A stretch of 64,000 nucleotides of DNA from a virus. The DNA lies in the IMG/VR virus record IMGVR_UViG_3300013014_000024, positions 1-64,000 of that record. The stretch is one strand, 5' to 3'. Below are positions 1-9,101 of the stretch, piece by piece; within the stretch, counting starts at the first letter, position 1, and the number at the start of each line of letters is the position of its first letter. The position numbers and the translations under genes were made by a program. The notes under the pieces were generated by a model. That model did not search any database, was not told where the DNA came from, and was given only the letters and a program-made list of their open reading frames with translations.

Positions 1-2
1 GA

Positions 3-119
3 ATATTCATTATGGGTGAATCATTTAATTCGGGACCAACCGAATTATTTAACTTGGAACCATCCGACATAAATGGAACATTTGTGAGAAATAAAACTAT
101 TAGAGCAATATTAATTTAA
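3..119 (+). CDS. 3' end of hypothetical protein (partial)
   Basis: Open frame 3 from window start to TAA at 117-119, followed by a terminator. Confidence 0.5.
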   Translation: MFIMGESFNSGPTELFNLEPSDINGTFVRNKTIRAILI

Positions 120-123
120 TCCC

Positions 124-147
124 CCCTCCCTTAAAGAGGGTTTTTTT
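124..147 (+). terminator. Rho-independent terminator
   Basis: CCCTC-loop-GAGGG followed by T-run. Confidence 0.7.
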
Positions 148-153
148 ATTTAC

Positions 154-217
154 AAAACACGACCCCTATTCTATAATTTATTCTTATATCTGAAAAAAAA
201 TTTTGGGGAAATTTTTA
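154..217 (+). repeat. Bipartite intergenic repeat, copy 1
   Basis: AAAACACGACCCC, then about 38 nt downstream GAAAAAAAATTTT(G/T)GGGAAATTTTT; same layout at 773-836. Confidence 0.65.
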
Positions 218-250
218 AGATTCTTACTACCTTTGTTTAAAATTCATTTT

Positions 251-541
251 ATGGAACGTGGTACATTTCAAATTAAGGGAAAACCTACAAGATTTACAGT
301 GGAATTATATTTAAAGTATTTTGAATTAGGTGGGAAACCTGACGACAAAAAAATGAATCCATTTATTTCTTCTCGTATTAAAGATATTATGGGATGGAAG
401 GAAGGGGAAGGAACTGTTAGTCTTATGTGGGCATTTTCTCCTGAGAAAAAAGTTGCCAAGAGACATGAATATTATATTGCAATGGTTAAAGCAAAAGAAC
501 TTGCTTGGGAAATTCATAATAGTTGTGCTCCCATTCAATGA
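251..541 (+). CDS. hypothetical protein
   Basis: ORF 203..541; ATG at 251 preferred. Confidence 0.6.
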   Translation: MERGTFQIKGKPTRFTVELYLKYFELGGKPDDKKMNPFISSRIKDIMGWKEGEGTVSLMWAFSPEKKVAKRHEYYIAMVKAKELAWEIHNSCAPIQ

Positions 542-582
542 GGGTTTTTTTATTTCATGGGTTATTCATATATTTAAATCTT

Positions 583-774
583 ATGAAAAAGATATTATTG
601 TTGTGTATTGTTTTTTTGATATGTTCATGTAATCCGAAGATGCATATTGTTGGAGCGGGGATGAGGTATCATAATTTATCACAGAACAAATATCAACCTA
701 AGAAGGAAAGGAAAAAGATTAATATTGGGAAATCACCTGTGTCACCTTTTTGGTTTATAATTGGTAGGTTCTAA
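583..774 (+). CDS. small putative lipoprotein
   Basis: MKKILLLCIVFLICSC lipobox-like signal. Confidence 0.6.
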   Translation: MKKILLLCIVFLICSCNPKMHIVGAGMRYHNLSQNKYQPKKERKKINIGKSPVSPFWFIIGRF

Positions 775-836
775 AACACGACCCCCATTATTAATTTACC
801 CCCTCAACGAGAAAAAAAATTTTTGGGAAATTTTTT
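773..836 (+). repeat. Bipartite intergenic repeat, copy 2
   Basis: Matches 154-217 with the same spacing. Confidence 0.65.
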
Positions 837-848
837 GTATTTATTAGT

Positions 849-1190
849 ATGAAAAAATTGACTGAACAAGATATGAACCGATTGGTTAAAAAAATCCTCA
901 AAGAAGATGAGGATATTAATATGGAAGTTCTCAGAAAATCGGTGGAAGATTATAAGCAAAGGAGTGGTCAGTCAATGTCCAAAAAAACAGGGGAACCATT
1001 AAGAACTAACGAAGTTCCTTTTCACGGTTATTATAATATTAAGGATACTGACCTACCACTTAATGTAAGGTCTTTTTTTAATGACTTCAAAAAAAAATTG
1101 GGGGTTTTTAATATAAAACCATCCAAAATAAGGAAAGAAAAAATTCTTGAGGTAATTGACCAAATTTTAACATTAAACGGTTTTGAATAA
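849..1190 (+). CDS. LTE-leader protein, hypothetical
   Basis: MKKLTEQDMNRLVKKILKE; GTATTTAT upstream. Confidence 0.8.
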   Translation: MKKLTEQDMNRLVKKILKEDEDINMEVLRKSVEDYKQRSGQSMSKKTGEPLRTNEVPFHGYYNIKDTDLPLNVRSFFNDFKKKLGVFNIKPSKIRKEKILEVIDQILTLNGFE

Positions 1191-1207
1191 TATTGTATTT
1201 ATTTGTT

Positions 1208-1504
1208 ATGGAAAAAGGAATTCAGAAATTGTTAAGAAAATTGGTATTGAAAAAATATCCTATGTATTTGGATGTTCAAGTTGTTGCAGGAATTACTGGT
1301 CACCCCTACGCCCATTTGAGGGCTTGTTCTGAAGTATTCCTTATTACTTTTGACCAAGAGTATAAAGAAGATATACATGTTGAAGTTAAAAATTATATTA
1401 ATAATCTTGGAAAATATATGGATGAGAGAATATGTGGAGTTTGGAGAGAAGTTGTTACTGAGGAAGAATGGGAAGAAATGAAATCAGATGAAACCCCTCC
1501 ATAG
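1208..1504 (+). CDS. hypothetical protein
   Basis: ORF with GTATTTAT upstream. Confidence 0.7.
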   Translation: MEKGIQKLLRKLVLKKYPMYLDVQVVAGITGHPYAHLRACSEVFLITFDQEYKEDIHVEVKNYINNLGKYMDERICGVWREVVTEEEWEEMKSDETPP

Positions 1505-1527
1505 TGAGGGGTTTCATCTGATTTCAT
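1478..1527. terminator. 22-bp perfect inverted repeat / terminator
   Basis: ATGAAATCAGATGAAACCCCTC-CATAGT-GAGGGGTTTCATCTGATTTCAT. Confidence 0.7.
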
Positions 1528-1549
1528 ATAATATTTTTATATTTGTAAT

Positions 1550-1744
1550 ATGCACCCGAATAAAAAAGATAGTGTTTTTGATATGTACGAACATAAAAAG
1601 ATTATGTTAGAGTATTGTATTAATGCGGAAGAATTTAAAAAGACCATGAACGAGTTTTCTACTGTAATGGCTCGTGCTGATATGGGTGGAAGTGAGGGTA
1701 TTCATAAACCGACCTCCGGTAACCCCGACCGACTTCGTCGGTAG
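1550..1744 (+). CDS. hypothetical protein
   Basis: ORF directly after TATATTTG promoter. Confidence 0.6.
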   Translation: MHPNKKDSVFDMYEHKKIMLEYCINAEEFKKTMNEFSTVMARADMGGSEGIHKPTSGNPDRLRR

Positions 1745-1817
1745 TCAATCCCCCCGCCCCCTTTTTTCTGAAGAAAATTTTTAGATTTTTTTTGTATTTA
1801 TTGTAAATAAAAAAATT

Positions 1818-2363
1818 ATGAGAAAGATAGTAAGACTAACAGAATCAGATTTGATTCGTATAATTAAAAAAATATTAAAAGAAGACTGTGAAGATGGGAG
1901 TTGTGTACCTTCAAACCCAGAAGGTGGAGATTGGGATGATATGTTTAAAAAAAGTAAGGAATCCTACCAAGAATATCTAAGAAAAAATGATGAACTTGAT
2001 GGTGAGTTATTTGATGAGTTGTATGACGACATATCAAAAGGTACATTTTTTTCTTTTGAAAATTATGATAGGTGGACTAATGAAATTGGTGAAGGATTAA
2101 TCGATAATGAGGCAAAAATAGTTAAAACATTTCCAACAATTGATACCATATCTAGTTGGAGGGATTGGGTTAATTCTAAATGGTTTAAAACCACACATTT
2201 ATCCTTTTCAAAAAAGGCAACAAAAAACCCAATCATGATATATGTTGGAGGAAAAGAAAATGGGGGTTATGTCGAACATCCGGAAGCTTCAATTGTATTT
2301 AAAAAATCAATGTTTGATAAATATATTAATACATTTGGACCCTTGATTGTTAAGAAAAAATAA
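1818..2363 (+). CDS. LTE-leader protein, hypothetical
   Basis: MRKIVRLTESDLIRIIKKILKE. Confidence 0.85.
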   Translation: MRKIVRLTESDLIRIIKKILKEDCEDGSCVPSNPEGGDWDDMFKKSKESYQEYLRKNDELDGELFDELYDDISKGTFFSFENYDRWTNEIGEGLIDNEAKIVKTFPTIDTISSWRDWVNSKWFKTTHLSFSKKATKNPIMIYVGGKENGGYVEHPEASIVFKKSMFDKYINTFGPLIVKKK

Positions 2364-2371
2364 ATTATTAA

Positions 2372-2701
2372 ATGAAAAAAGTATTTTATAGTTTTGAGGG
2401 ATTGCCAGGGCAATGGGTAAGTTCAGAAGACAAATCATACCCCGAATCATATTTTTCTGATAAGAAGTATGACGAATATGTTTTCCATGATTTTTTTGAA
2501 ATGGATAATACTATTGGACTTGAAAATACTATATTTGGTACAAGAGGTTTGCCGATAGGACATCCCAAAAGGACATCTCGTTCCTTTGACCAATATTACA
2601 AATCATATGGTCCCGCCATTGTTAGGGTGATTAATTCATATGACGATAGATTGCAAGAGGAAATTTTATGGATAAAGAAAAAAATAAATATTTTAAAATA
2701 A
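2372..2701 (+). CDS. hypothetical protein, related to C-terminal part of 1818..2363
   Basis: Shared FYSFE...FD.Y...(F/Y)GP.IV pattern; C-terminal LQEEI.WIKK motif. Confidence 0.75.
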   Translation: MKKVFYSFEGLPGQWVSSEDKSYPESYFSDKKYDEYVFHDFFEMDNTIGLENTIFGTRGLPIGHPKRTSRSFDQYYKSYGPAIVRVINSYDDRLQEEILWIKKKINILK

Positions 2702-2736
2702 AGTAGGGGGTTTTTATTTAATTATATTTATAATAC

Positions 2737-3738
2737 ATGAAGATTATTATCAGTGAAAATCAATACAATTTAATTTTGGAAAGCAAGGAATTGGTTTCCT
2801 CTTTTGATAAATCAATTTCTAATTTGGCTAAAGCAAATTATTTTGGTTCAAATTTTTTTAATCTCGGAACTGAAGGTAGACCTTGGTGGGCATTTCTTGT
2901 GTTTGATAAACAAAATAGAAAAAAAATATTGAAATCAATAAATGATTGGAAAATTAATAATGATGTTGATATTAGTATATCTGATGAAAATTCATTAAGA
3001 AATAATAACCATAGGCATGGTATTTCCTTGTATAATGATATTAAAAACACTCCATCGGTGAGAGAGATGATAAGTTCTTCTCAATTGCAGAATCCCGATT
3101 CAATTGCGGTTTTCATTAGTCCAAAGAAAGAAATTGTTGATACCACAGGAAAAGTTTTTTATCATACTTCAAACACTCCTGATTTAGATAAAATTGGACT
3201 TAAACCATTTTCTCCCAATATGAAATATACAAAAAATATATATTTTTGGGATGATATTGCAACCGCTAGATTCTATGGTGCAAACAACGCAATTGATTAC
3301 TTTTATATATATAAAGTTAATTTGGATGGATATGATGTTTTTAAAGATACTGAAGAATCATATGACGCTTATTTTATTAATTTACCAGTAAGTCCCAATC
3401 GAGTTGAATTAGTTGAATCCCACAACAAATTTGATGAAAAAAAGGTAAATGCGTATGAAAAGAAAAACAAAGAAATAGAAGAAAAAATTAAAAGATTTGG
3501 TATAAAGTCTTCAAAAATTTTACCTTATATTAAATACGTAAAAAAAGGATTTGATATGTGTGATAGTTTTGATAATGGAGACGAGTATGGGGAATATATC
3601 ATTAATTCTGCTTTAGAAATTTTATTTAAAGAAATATCCGAAGATTTATCTTCTGATTTTGGTTTTAAGGTTCAAGATTTATGTGGTGAATGGTTTTTTC
3701 ATAAGTTAGTTATGGAGTTTGAAGATGAATGTTTTTAA
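2737..3738 (+). CDS. ISE-leader protein with possible ADP-ribosyltransferase-fold domain
   Basis: MKIIISENQ leader; FYHTS..IGLKP..IYF..IYKV pattern. Confidence 0.55.
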   Translation: MKIIISENQYNLILESKELVSSFDKSISNLAKANYFGSNFFNLGTEGRPWWAFLVFDKQNRKKILKSINDWKINNDVDISISDENSLRNNNHRHGISLYNDIKNTPSVREMISSSQLQNPDSIAVFISPKKEIVDTTGKVFYHTSNTPDLDKIGLKPFSPNMKYTKNIYFWDDIATARFYGANNAIDYFYIYKVNLDGYDVFKDTEESYDAYFINLPVSPNRVELVESHNKFDEKKVNAYEKKNKEIEEKIKRFGIKSSKILPYIKYVKKGFDMCDSFDNGDEYGEYIINSALEILFKEISEDLSSDFGFKVQDLCGEWFFHKLVMEFEDECF

Positions 3739-3844
3739 TGCCCCTCCATTGATAGTATTGATGGACTGACACTAATGGTGTTTCATTATCCTCACAATAA
3801 AATGTGGGGATTTTTTTATTAGAACATTTTCTTATCTTTGTAAT

Positions 3845-4252
3845 ATGATACACGATAAATTAAAGAAAATTATTTTTAATAAATTATATAAGGACTTATC
3901 TCATGTGGAAATTATCCCATATGAGGATTCAATATGGTTTATTGATAGGGAGAATAAGTATTGGTATTTTGAATATCAAAGGCCAGATATATTGTGGTGG
4001 AGATTTGGATATTTCAATGATTTCTTTACATTGTTTTCATTGGAACGTGAAGAATTCCAATGGGTTCTATCTGAGTGGGTGGAAGAGGTGTTAAATTGCA
4101 AGGTAAATACAACTGCAACTCATGCGCCATCCTCAATCCCAAAGGTGGAAGAGGTGTTAAATTTCAAGGTAACCAAACCCAATTTTGCAAGTACAAATTT
4201 GTTAAATCTGGTTGATAATGTTTTGGATTGTAGGGTAAATAAAACTTTCTAA
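3845..4252 (+). CDS. repeat-array protein, paralog A (frame continues past TAA to 4306)
   Basis: Paralog of 7725..8429; VEEVLNCKV repeats; TATCTTTG promoter. Confidence 0.8.
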   Translation: MIHDKLKKIIFNKLYKDLSHVEIIPYEDSIWFIDRENKYWYFEYQRPDILWWRFGYFNDFFTLFSLEREEFQWVLSEWVEEVLNCKVNTTATHAPSSIPKVEEVLNFKVTKPNFASTNLLNLVDNVLDCRVNKTF

Positions 4253-4306
4253 CTTGGTGTTGATGCTTTTAAAAAGGTGGAAGACGTTTTAAATGTAAAT
4301 AAATAA
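4078..4306 (+). repeat. 66-nt period in-frame repeat/variable-spacer array (4 units)
   Basis: GGTGGAAGAGGTGTTAAATTGCAAGGTAA-like at 4078, 4144, 4210, 4276. Confidence 0.85.
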
Positions 4307-4310
4307 AGAT

Positions 4311-4526
4311 ATGGATATTCATTATAAATTTTGGAGACAGAATATCTATAAAAATAGATGCCAGTTACAGGTTGGGTCCACATTTATTTTTAAGGGAAAT
4401 TACTGTGAGGTAATAAAAATGAGATTTAATTATTTTGTCTATAAAAAACAAATAGATGGTCTGACTTTTAGTATGGACTACCAAGATTATCTAAAAACCC
4501 CATCTGCTAAGGGTAGAAAATTATAA
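4311..4526 (+). CDS. hypothetical protein
   Basis: ORF in gene run. Confidence 0.6.
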   Translation: MDIHYKFWRQNIYKNRCQLQVGSTFIFKGNYCEVIKMRFNYFVYKKQIDGLTFSMDYQDYLKTPSAKGRKL

Positions 4527-4547
4527 AGTTTTTTGTATTTATCTGAT

Positions 4548-4877
4548 ATGAAATATGTTATTACAGAATCTCGTATTGATGAATTGGTTCAAAAATATAT
4601 AACCAATTATGTTGGTCCGTTGGAAAAACATACATCTCCCTCATTTGGTCAAACATATATTTGGTATACCAACTTAAATGGTGGTATGGTATTTGAAATT
4701 AGTGATAGTCTTTATCATGGTGTTGGATTGGGAGTTTTTGAACCTATGTGGAATACAGTTAAGGGGGTGTTTTCATTGTCTGATAATGATACAGATAAGT
4801 CATTTATGGTATGGATGTCAAATTATCTCGGAAAAAAAGAATATATTGAAGGAGTTTATACCTTTGAGAAAGATTAA
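4548..4877 (+). CDS. ITE-leader protein
   Basis: MKYVITESR; GTATTTAT upstream. Confidence 0.8.
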   Translation: MKYVITESRIDELVQKYITNYVGPLEKHTSPSFGQTYIWYTNLNGGMVFEISDSLYHGVGLGVFEPMWNTVKGVFSLSDNDTDKSFMVWMSNYLGKKEYIEGVYTFEKD

Positions 4878-4883
4878 ATTAAT

Positions 4884-5189
4884 ATGAAATACCTTATTAC
4901 AGAAGACCAATATGATAGACTAGTTCAATCTCCTAATAAGCTTTGGATATTAAGAAGATATGATTTGGTTAAGAAAACATCTATTGAAGTCTTGAAGTAT
5001 GTTAATCCTTGTAAGTTTAATAATTTTGATGATTATGAATCTGTTTTTTATAATCATTTAATGGACGATATTCATGAAGAATATTATCTGATTGATGATT
5101 TTGATTATGCTGGAGTCGTAAAAGAATTGGAGGAGCTATTTTATGTTGATGTCACTGAAAAATACTACGATGGTAGAAGAAGATGTTGA
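4884..5189 (+). CDS. ITE-leader protein
   Basis: MKYLITEDQ. Confidence 0.8.
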   Translation: MKYLITEDQYDRLVQSPNKLWILRRYDLVKKTSIEVLKYVNPCKFNNFDDYESVFYNHLMDDIHEEYYLIDDFDYAGVVKELEELFYVDVTEKYYDGRRRC

Positions 5190-5233
5190 TGGGTTTTTTG
5201 TTTTTATCAGTATTTATAATAAATTAATTTGTT

Positions 5234-6127
5234 ATGGGTAAAATAGTAAGGTTAACAGAATCTGATTTAGCTAAAATTATAAGTAGAATACTTAAGGAGT
5301 CAGACCCAAAAGTAGGAACTGGGAAAAAACCAAAGGATTCCGACCGAAGATTGTATACTGATGAAAACCCTAAGGATACTGTTACGGTAAAGTTCAGAAC
5401 CAAACAAGATATTATTGATACCTTGAGTAAAGATAGTTTCAAATCCAAATCACACGCCAGACAATCTCAAATTATTAATTTAATTCATCAAAGACTTAGA
5501 GTCGCTTTAGAAATAGCAAAAGACCCTGAGGTTAAAGATAGACTTAGAACCGCATTTGAATACATCAAAACTCGTAAAGAAAATTCCAAAAAGAAAACTG
5601 AGGAAATGAAAGAGGGTGAAATCACTGAAAAGTGCTGGAAAGGTTATACTCAAAAGGGAATGAAGACAATGTTTGGCAAAAAATATCCAAACTGTGTAAA
5701 AAAAGAATCTGTTGGAGAAACCGATGAGGCATCAAGTCCTGCACAACAAGCAGCAATTGCAATCAATATGAAGAAGAAGGGTATAAAACCCAAAAATGAA
5801 ACTTTATATGAAGATGACTATGGTTCAGTTGAAGAAACCAACTTTGTTGTTGGTGACTTATTGACTGAAGCGGAATATCAAGGTAGAAAAGTTCAACTTG
5901 GTAAAGTTATGCAAGGAGATGTGAAGAAGTCTAAGGTATATGTTAAAAACGATAAGGGTAAGGTTGTAAAAGTTAATTTTGGTTTTGGTGGAAGCTCTGC
6001 TCACGGTAAGAGAATGACAATCAAAAAAAATAATCCTGAACGTAGAAAATCGTTTAGAGCAAGACATAATTGCGATAATCCTGGACCAAGATGGAAACCA
6101 AGATATTGGTCTTGCAGAGCGTGGTGA
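5234..6127 (+). CDS. LTE-leader multi-module protein with basic C-terminal domain (DUF6321-like)
   Basis: MGKIVRLTESDL; CWKGY module; RRKSFRARHNC..YWSC..W. Confidence 0.75.
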   Translation: MGKIVRLTESDLAKIISRILKESDPKVGTGKKPKDSDRRLYTDENPKDTVTVKFRTKQDIIDTLSKDSFKSKSHARQSQIINLIHQRLRVALEIAKDPEVKDRLRTAFEYIKTRKENSKKKTEEMKEGEITEKCWKGYTQKGMKTMFGKKYPNCVKKESVGETDEASSPAQQAAIAINMKKKGIKPKNETLYEDDYGSVEETNFVVGDLLTEAEYQGRKVQLGKVMQGDVKKSKVYVKNDKGKVVKVNFGFGGSSAHGKRMTIKKNNPERRKSFRARHNCDNPGPRWKPRYWSCRAW

Positions 6128-6223
6128 TGAAATTGTATCTTATATTCGGAATATTAGTAAGGTTGCTAGTGTTGAAAATGATTTTAATATATATCCATAG
6201 TATTTATATTAAAATAAAATAAT

Positions 6224-6862
6224 ATGAAGCACTTATTAAATAACATGACGGAATCTGAAAAGAATGCAATCCGTGAACAACATACAGGTGGAATGAAAGT
6301 ATCTATAGATAATTTCTCAAAACTAGTTGAATCAAAACTTGGTAATGTAAAACCATTGGTTAATGAACAAGGATGGATGAAAACCATTAAAAATTTGGTA
6401 TCACCTGAATTAAAAACATTAAGTAAAAGTAAAGGTATGAATCATATTAACGCACCTGAATATATTAAAAACCTTATGTCAAAATATAGCTCTGTTAAAA
6501 TGACAGATTATGTTAGGTCATTGTTAAAACCTGTTCAGGATGAGGTTGCGGTTATAATGAATGATATTAAAAGAATGAAGCAATTTAAAAATCCTGTAAA
6601 GGCCGGAGAATATGACTATGTTGATTTTCTTATAGGTAATGCCTCTCAAATACCTAAAAAATTAAATGTTGCACCGGGACAACCGATTTATTTAGACTAT
6701 ATATATCAAGAAATAAGTGAGTTAAAAACTTATTTTGATGAAATCAAGGAAAAAAATCTATTAACCCAACAAGGATTGGTTATTTTAAATGATATGAGTA
6801 AAAATATTGATGATGCTATAGAAAACATACACACCGCACTCAGTAAAATGGCTGTAAAATAA
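6224..6862 (+). CDS. leader-bearing hypothetical protein
   Basis: MKHLLNNMTESEKNAIREQH. Confidence 0.8.
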   Translation: MKHLLNNMTESEKNAIREQHTGGMKVSIDNFSKLVESKLGNVKPLVNEQGWMKTIKNLVSPELKTLSKSKGMNHINAPEYIKNLMSKYSSVKMTDYVRSLLKPVQDEVAVIMNDIKRMKQFKNPVKAGEYDYVDFLIGNASQIPKKLNVAPGQPIYLDYIYQEISELKTYFDEIKEKNLLTQQGLVILNDMSKNIDDAIENIHTALSKMAVK

Positions 6863-6870
6863 TATTATTT

Positions 6871-7653
6871 ATGAAAATAATAATTACAGAAACTCAATAT
6901 AAACTTTTAATGGGTGAACAATTGCAAATTGCTCAACCTAGTAACCCTTCGGATTATTTGGGGAAAGGAAGACAATTTGAAAAAACAAATAAAATCCAAG
7001 ACCCATTAAGAATACCTTTAAATAAAGGGTCAAATCTAAACGAAATAATGGAAAGTTTCAGAGAAAAACTATTTTCACCCGCAGGAGTGGCGATTGAGGT
7101 TTTTTTAACATCGTTAGGTTGGACTGCACCCGCAGTTATGACAGCATATGGAGCTCTATTATCATTTGACATTTATAAAGCTGTAATTGGAGAAACAGAC
7201 TGGTTTAATATTGTTGTTGATGTTATCGGCATTGTAACTTCTGGTGCATTTTCAGGACTATTCGCGCCACTTATGAGAGGAGCGAAAAAAAGATTCAATT
7301 CAATATCCGAAGTCTTTAAATGGTTAAAAACAAATAAAATTTGGGCATCATTAAAACCATATTTATCAAAAATTATATCTGAATTATCGAATGTTGGTAA
7401 ATGGTTGTCAACAGGAATAAAATGGATTGCAGATAACACTGGATTAACTTTTCTTTTAAAATGGTCTTCTAAGATTTTAAGTTTTTTTAATAATATTTCA
7501 AAAGAAATTTTAAATTCTATAAGTGAAGTAACTTCAGAAGTTGTGGGTTCAATTATAAATAATAATAAAGTGGCTCAATCTGCAGGAACTGCCTCAAAAG
7601 CAGGAACTATTCAGTTGGCGCTTAATAAAGGTTCAAGTTATTTGGAAAAGTAA
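6871..7653 (+). CDS. ITE-leader protein with hydrophobic/amphipathic helices
   Basis: MKIIITETQ; Gly/Ala-rich hydrophobic segments. Confidence 0.8.
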   Translation: MKIIITETQYKLLMGEQLQIAQPSNPSDYLGKGRQFEKTNKIQDPLRIPLNKGSNLNEIMESFREKLFSPAGVAIEVFLTSLGWTAPAVMTAYGALLSFDIYKAVIGETDWFNIVVDVIGIVTSGAFSGLFAPLMRGAKKRFNSISEVFKWLKTNKIWASLKPYLSKIISELSNVGKWLSTGIKWIADNTGLTFLLKWSSKILSFFNNISKEILNSISEVTSEVVGSIINNNKVAQSAGTASKAGTIQLALNKGSSYLEK

Positions 7654-7724
7654 CTAAATATAACTAACCCCTCACCCAAAATGAGGGGTTTTTTTATTTC
7701 AAAAACAATTATTATCTTTGCAAT

Positions 7725-8429
7725 ATGATACACGATAAATTAAAGAAAATTATTTTTAATAAGTTATATAAGGATTTATCCAAAGCTGAAATAATTGACT
7801 ATAATGATTCAATATGGTTTATTGACAGGGAGAATAAGTATTGGTATTTTGAATATGAAAAAGTGGGAAGGTTGTATTGGAGATATGATTTCTTTCCTAA
7901 TTTTTTTTCTGTATTCTCTTTGGAAAGGGATGAATTTGAATCTATTATGTCAGAATGGATAGAAGAGGTGTTAAATTGTAAGGTACATGCAAAAAGTAGT
8001 GGTTTGTTGTGTAATAACAGTTGGGTGGAAGAGGCATTAAATTACAAGGTAAACAAAACTACAGGAAATTATGGTGTCTCAACTCAGTGGGTAGAAGAGG
8101 TGTTAGATTGCAAGGTGGATACAATCCAACCTCATAAGTTATACAGAGAAAGAACGGTAGAAGATATGTTGAATATAACTTTAATTAGAGGTCAAAATCT
8201 GCGTAATGTGGATGAGGTATTAGATTATAATGTAACTAGAACTGCATCCACTGGTCACCAAATTGGTAAGGTTAATCAGGTGTTAAATTACAAGGTAGAT
8301 ACAACACATGTTTCAATATCTAATGAAGCGACAAAAGTGGAATGGGTGTTAAATAAATTAAATATGGATTTTAACGATGATATTTCAGATTGGGATTGCA
8401 CCCTAATGGATGGATTGGAAGATGAATGA
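7725..8429 (+). CDS. repeat-array protein, paralog B
   Basis: MIHDKLKKIIFNKLYKDLS identical to 3845 start; 7 VEEVL repeats. Confidence 0.85.
   Translation: MIHDKLKKIIFNKLYKDLSKAEIIDYNDSIWFIDRENKYWYFEYEKVGRLYWRYDFFPNFFSVFSLERDEFESIMSEWIEEVLNCKVHAKSSGLLCNNSWVEEALNYKVNKTTGNYGVSTQWVEEVLDCKVDTIQPHKLYRERTVEDMLNITLIRGQNLRNVDEVLDYNVTRTASTGHQIGKVNQVLNYKVDTTHVSISNEATKVEWVLNKLNMDFNDDISDWDCTLMDGLEDE
7958..8360 (+). repeat. in-frame repeat/variable-spacer array (7 units)
   Basis: Units at 7958, 8024, 8090, 8156, 8207, 8270, 8336. Confidence 0.85.
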
Positions 8430-8484
8430 TATATTAACCCCACTTATTGGTAGGGTTTTTTATTTATTTGGGTATTTATTCTTA

Positions 8485-9009
8485 ATGAAATATATCATAA
8501 CAGAAGACCAGTTAGAAAAAGTAAAAGATAAAATTCTTAAATTATCATTTGATTTATTTGATAATAATTGGGATGATTTACAAGTTTTTTTAAAAAGAAA
8601 AGGTAATCCACCTTATATTCTTATTGGTACAGTTGAGTTAACTGATAGAAGAGATGTTGAAACTCTCGGTTCAGTTGTTGAAATATGGGGTAATCTAAGA
8701 GCCAATCACACTTCACTTCGTTCTTTGGGGAACCTAACAAAAGTTAGTGGTAATGTGAGTTTTTTTAAATCACCTATCCAATCTCTTGGAAATCTAACAT
8801 ATGTTTTTGGTAAAGTTGGTTTAAATTTAGCAGGTACAGATATCAAATCTCTTGGAAACTTAACCTTTGTTGCCGATGATTTAAATTTGAAAGGGACCCC
8901 ATTCTCAAGAGCCGCCAATCTCAATACAAGACAAGATATCTTAAATAAAGTTTTTGTTGGCGGAACAGTATTTTTGGACATGGAGGCGTTCAGAGGTTCT
9001 ATGAAATAA
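8485..9009 (+). CDS. ITE-leader protein with LRR-like repeats
   Basis: MKYIITEDQ; repeated SLGNLT.V.G.L. Confidence 0.8.
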   Translation: MKYIITEDQLEKVKDKILKLSFDLFDNNWDDLQVFLKRKGNPPYILIGTVELTDRRDVETLGSVVEIWGNLRANHTSLRSLGNLTKVSGNVSFFKSPIQSLGNLTYVFGKVGLNLAGTDIKSLGNLTFVADDLNLKGTPFSRAANLNTRQDILNKVFVGGTVFLDMEAFRGSMK

Positions 9010-9101
9010 ATTAAAAGTGTTGCGTTCCCTTATGATGGAAACAATTATGATTAACAAATAGTGGGTTTTTCATTTTTATGTGAAATAATATATTTATTTT
9101 T

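Noticed and set aside
4078-8360. Calling the 66-nt arrays a bona fide CRISPR array
   Set aside because: Repeats are non-palindromic, vary like codons, stay in frame within genes, and no cas genes are visible; kept as an unexplained array
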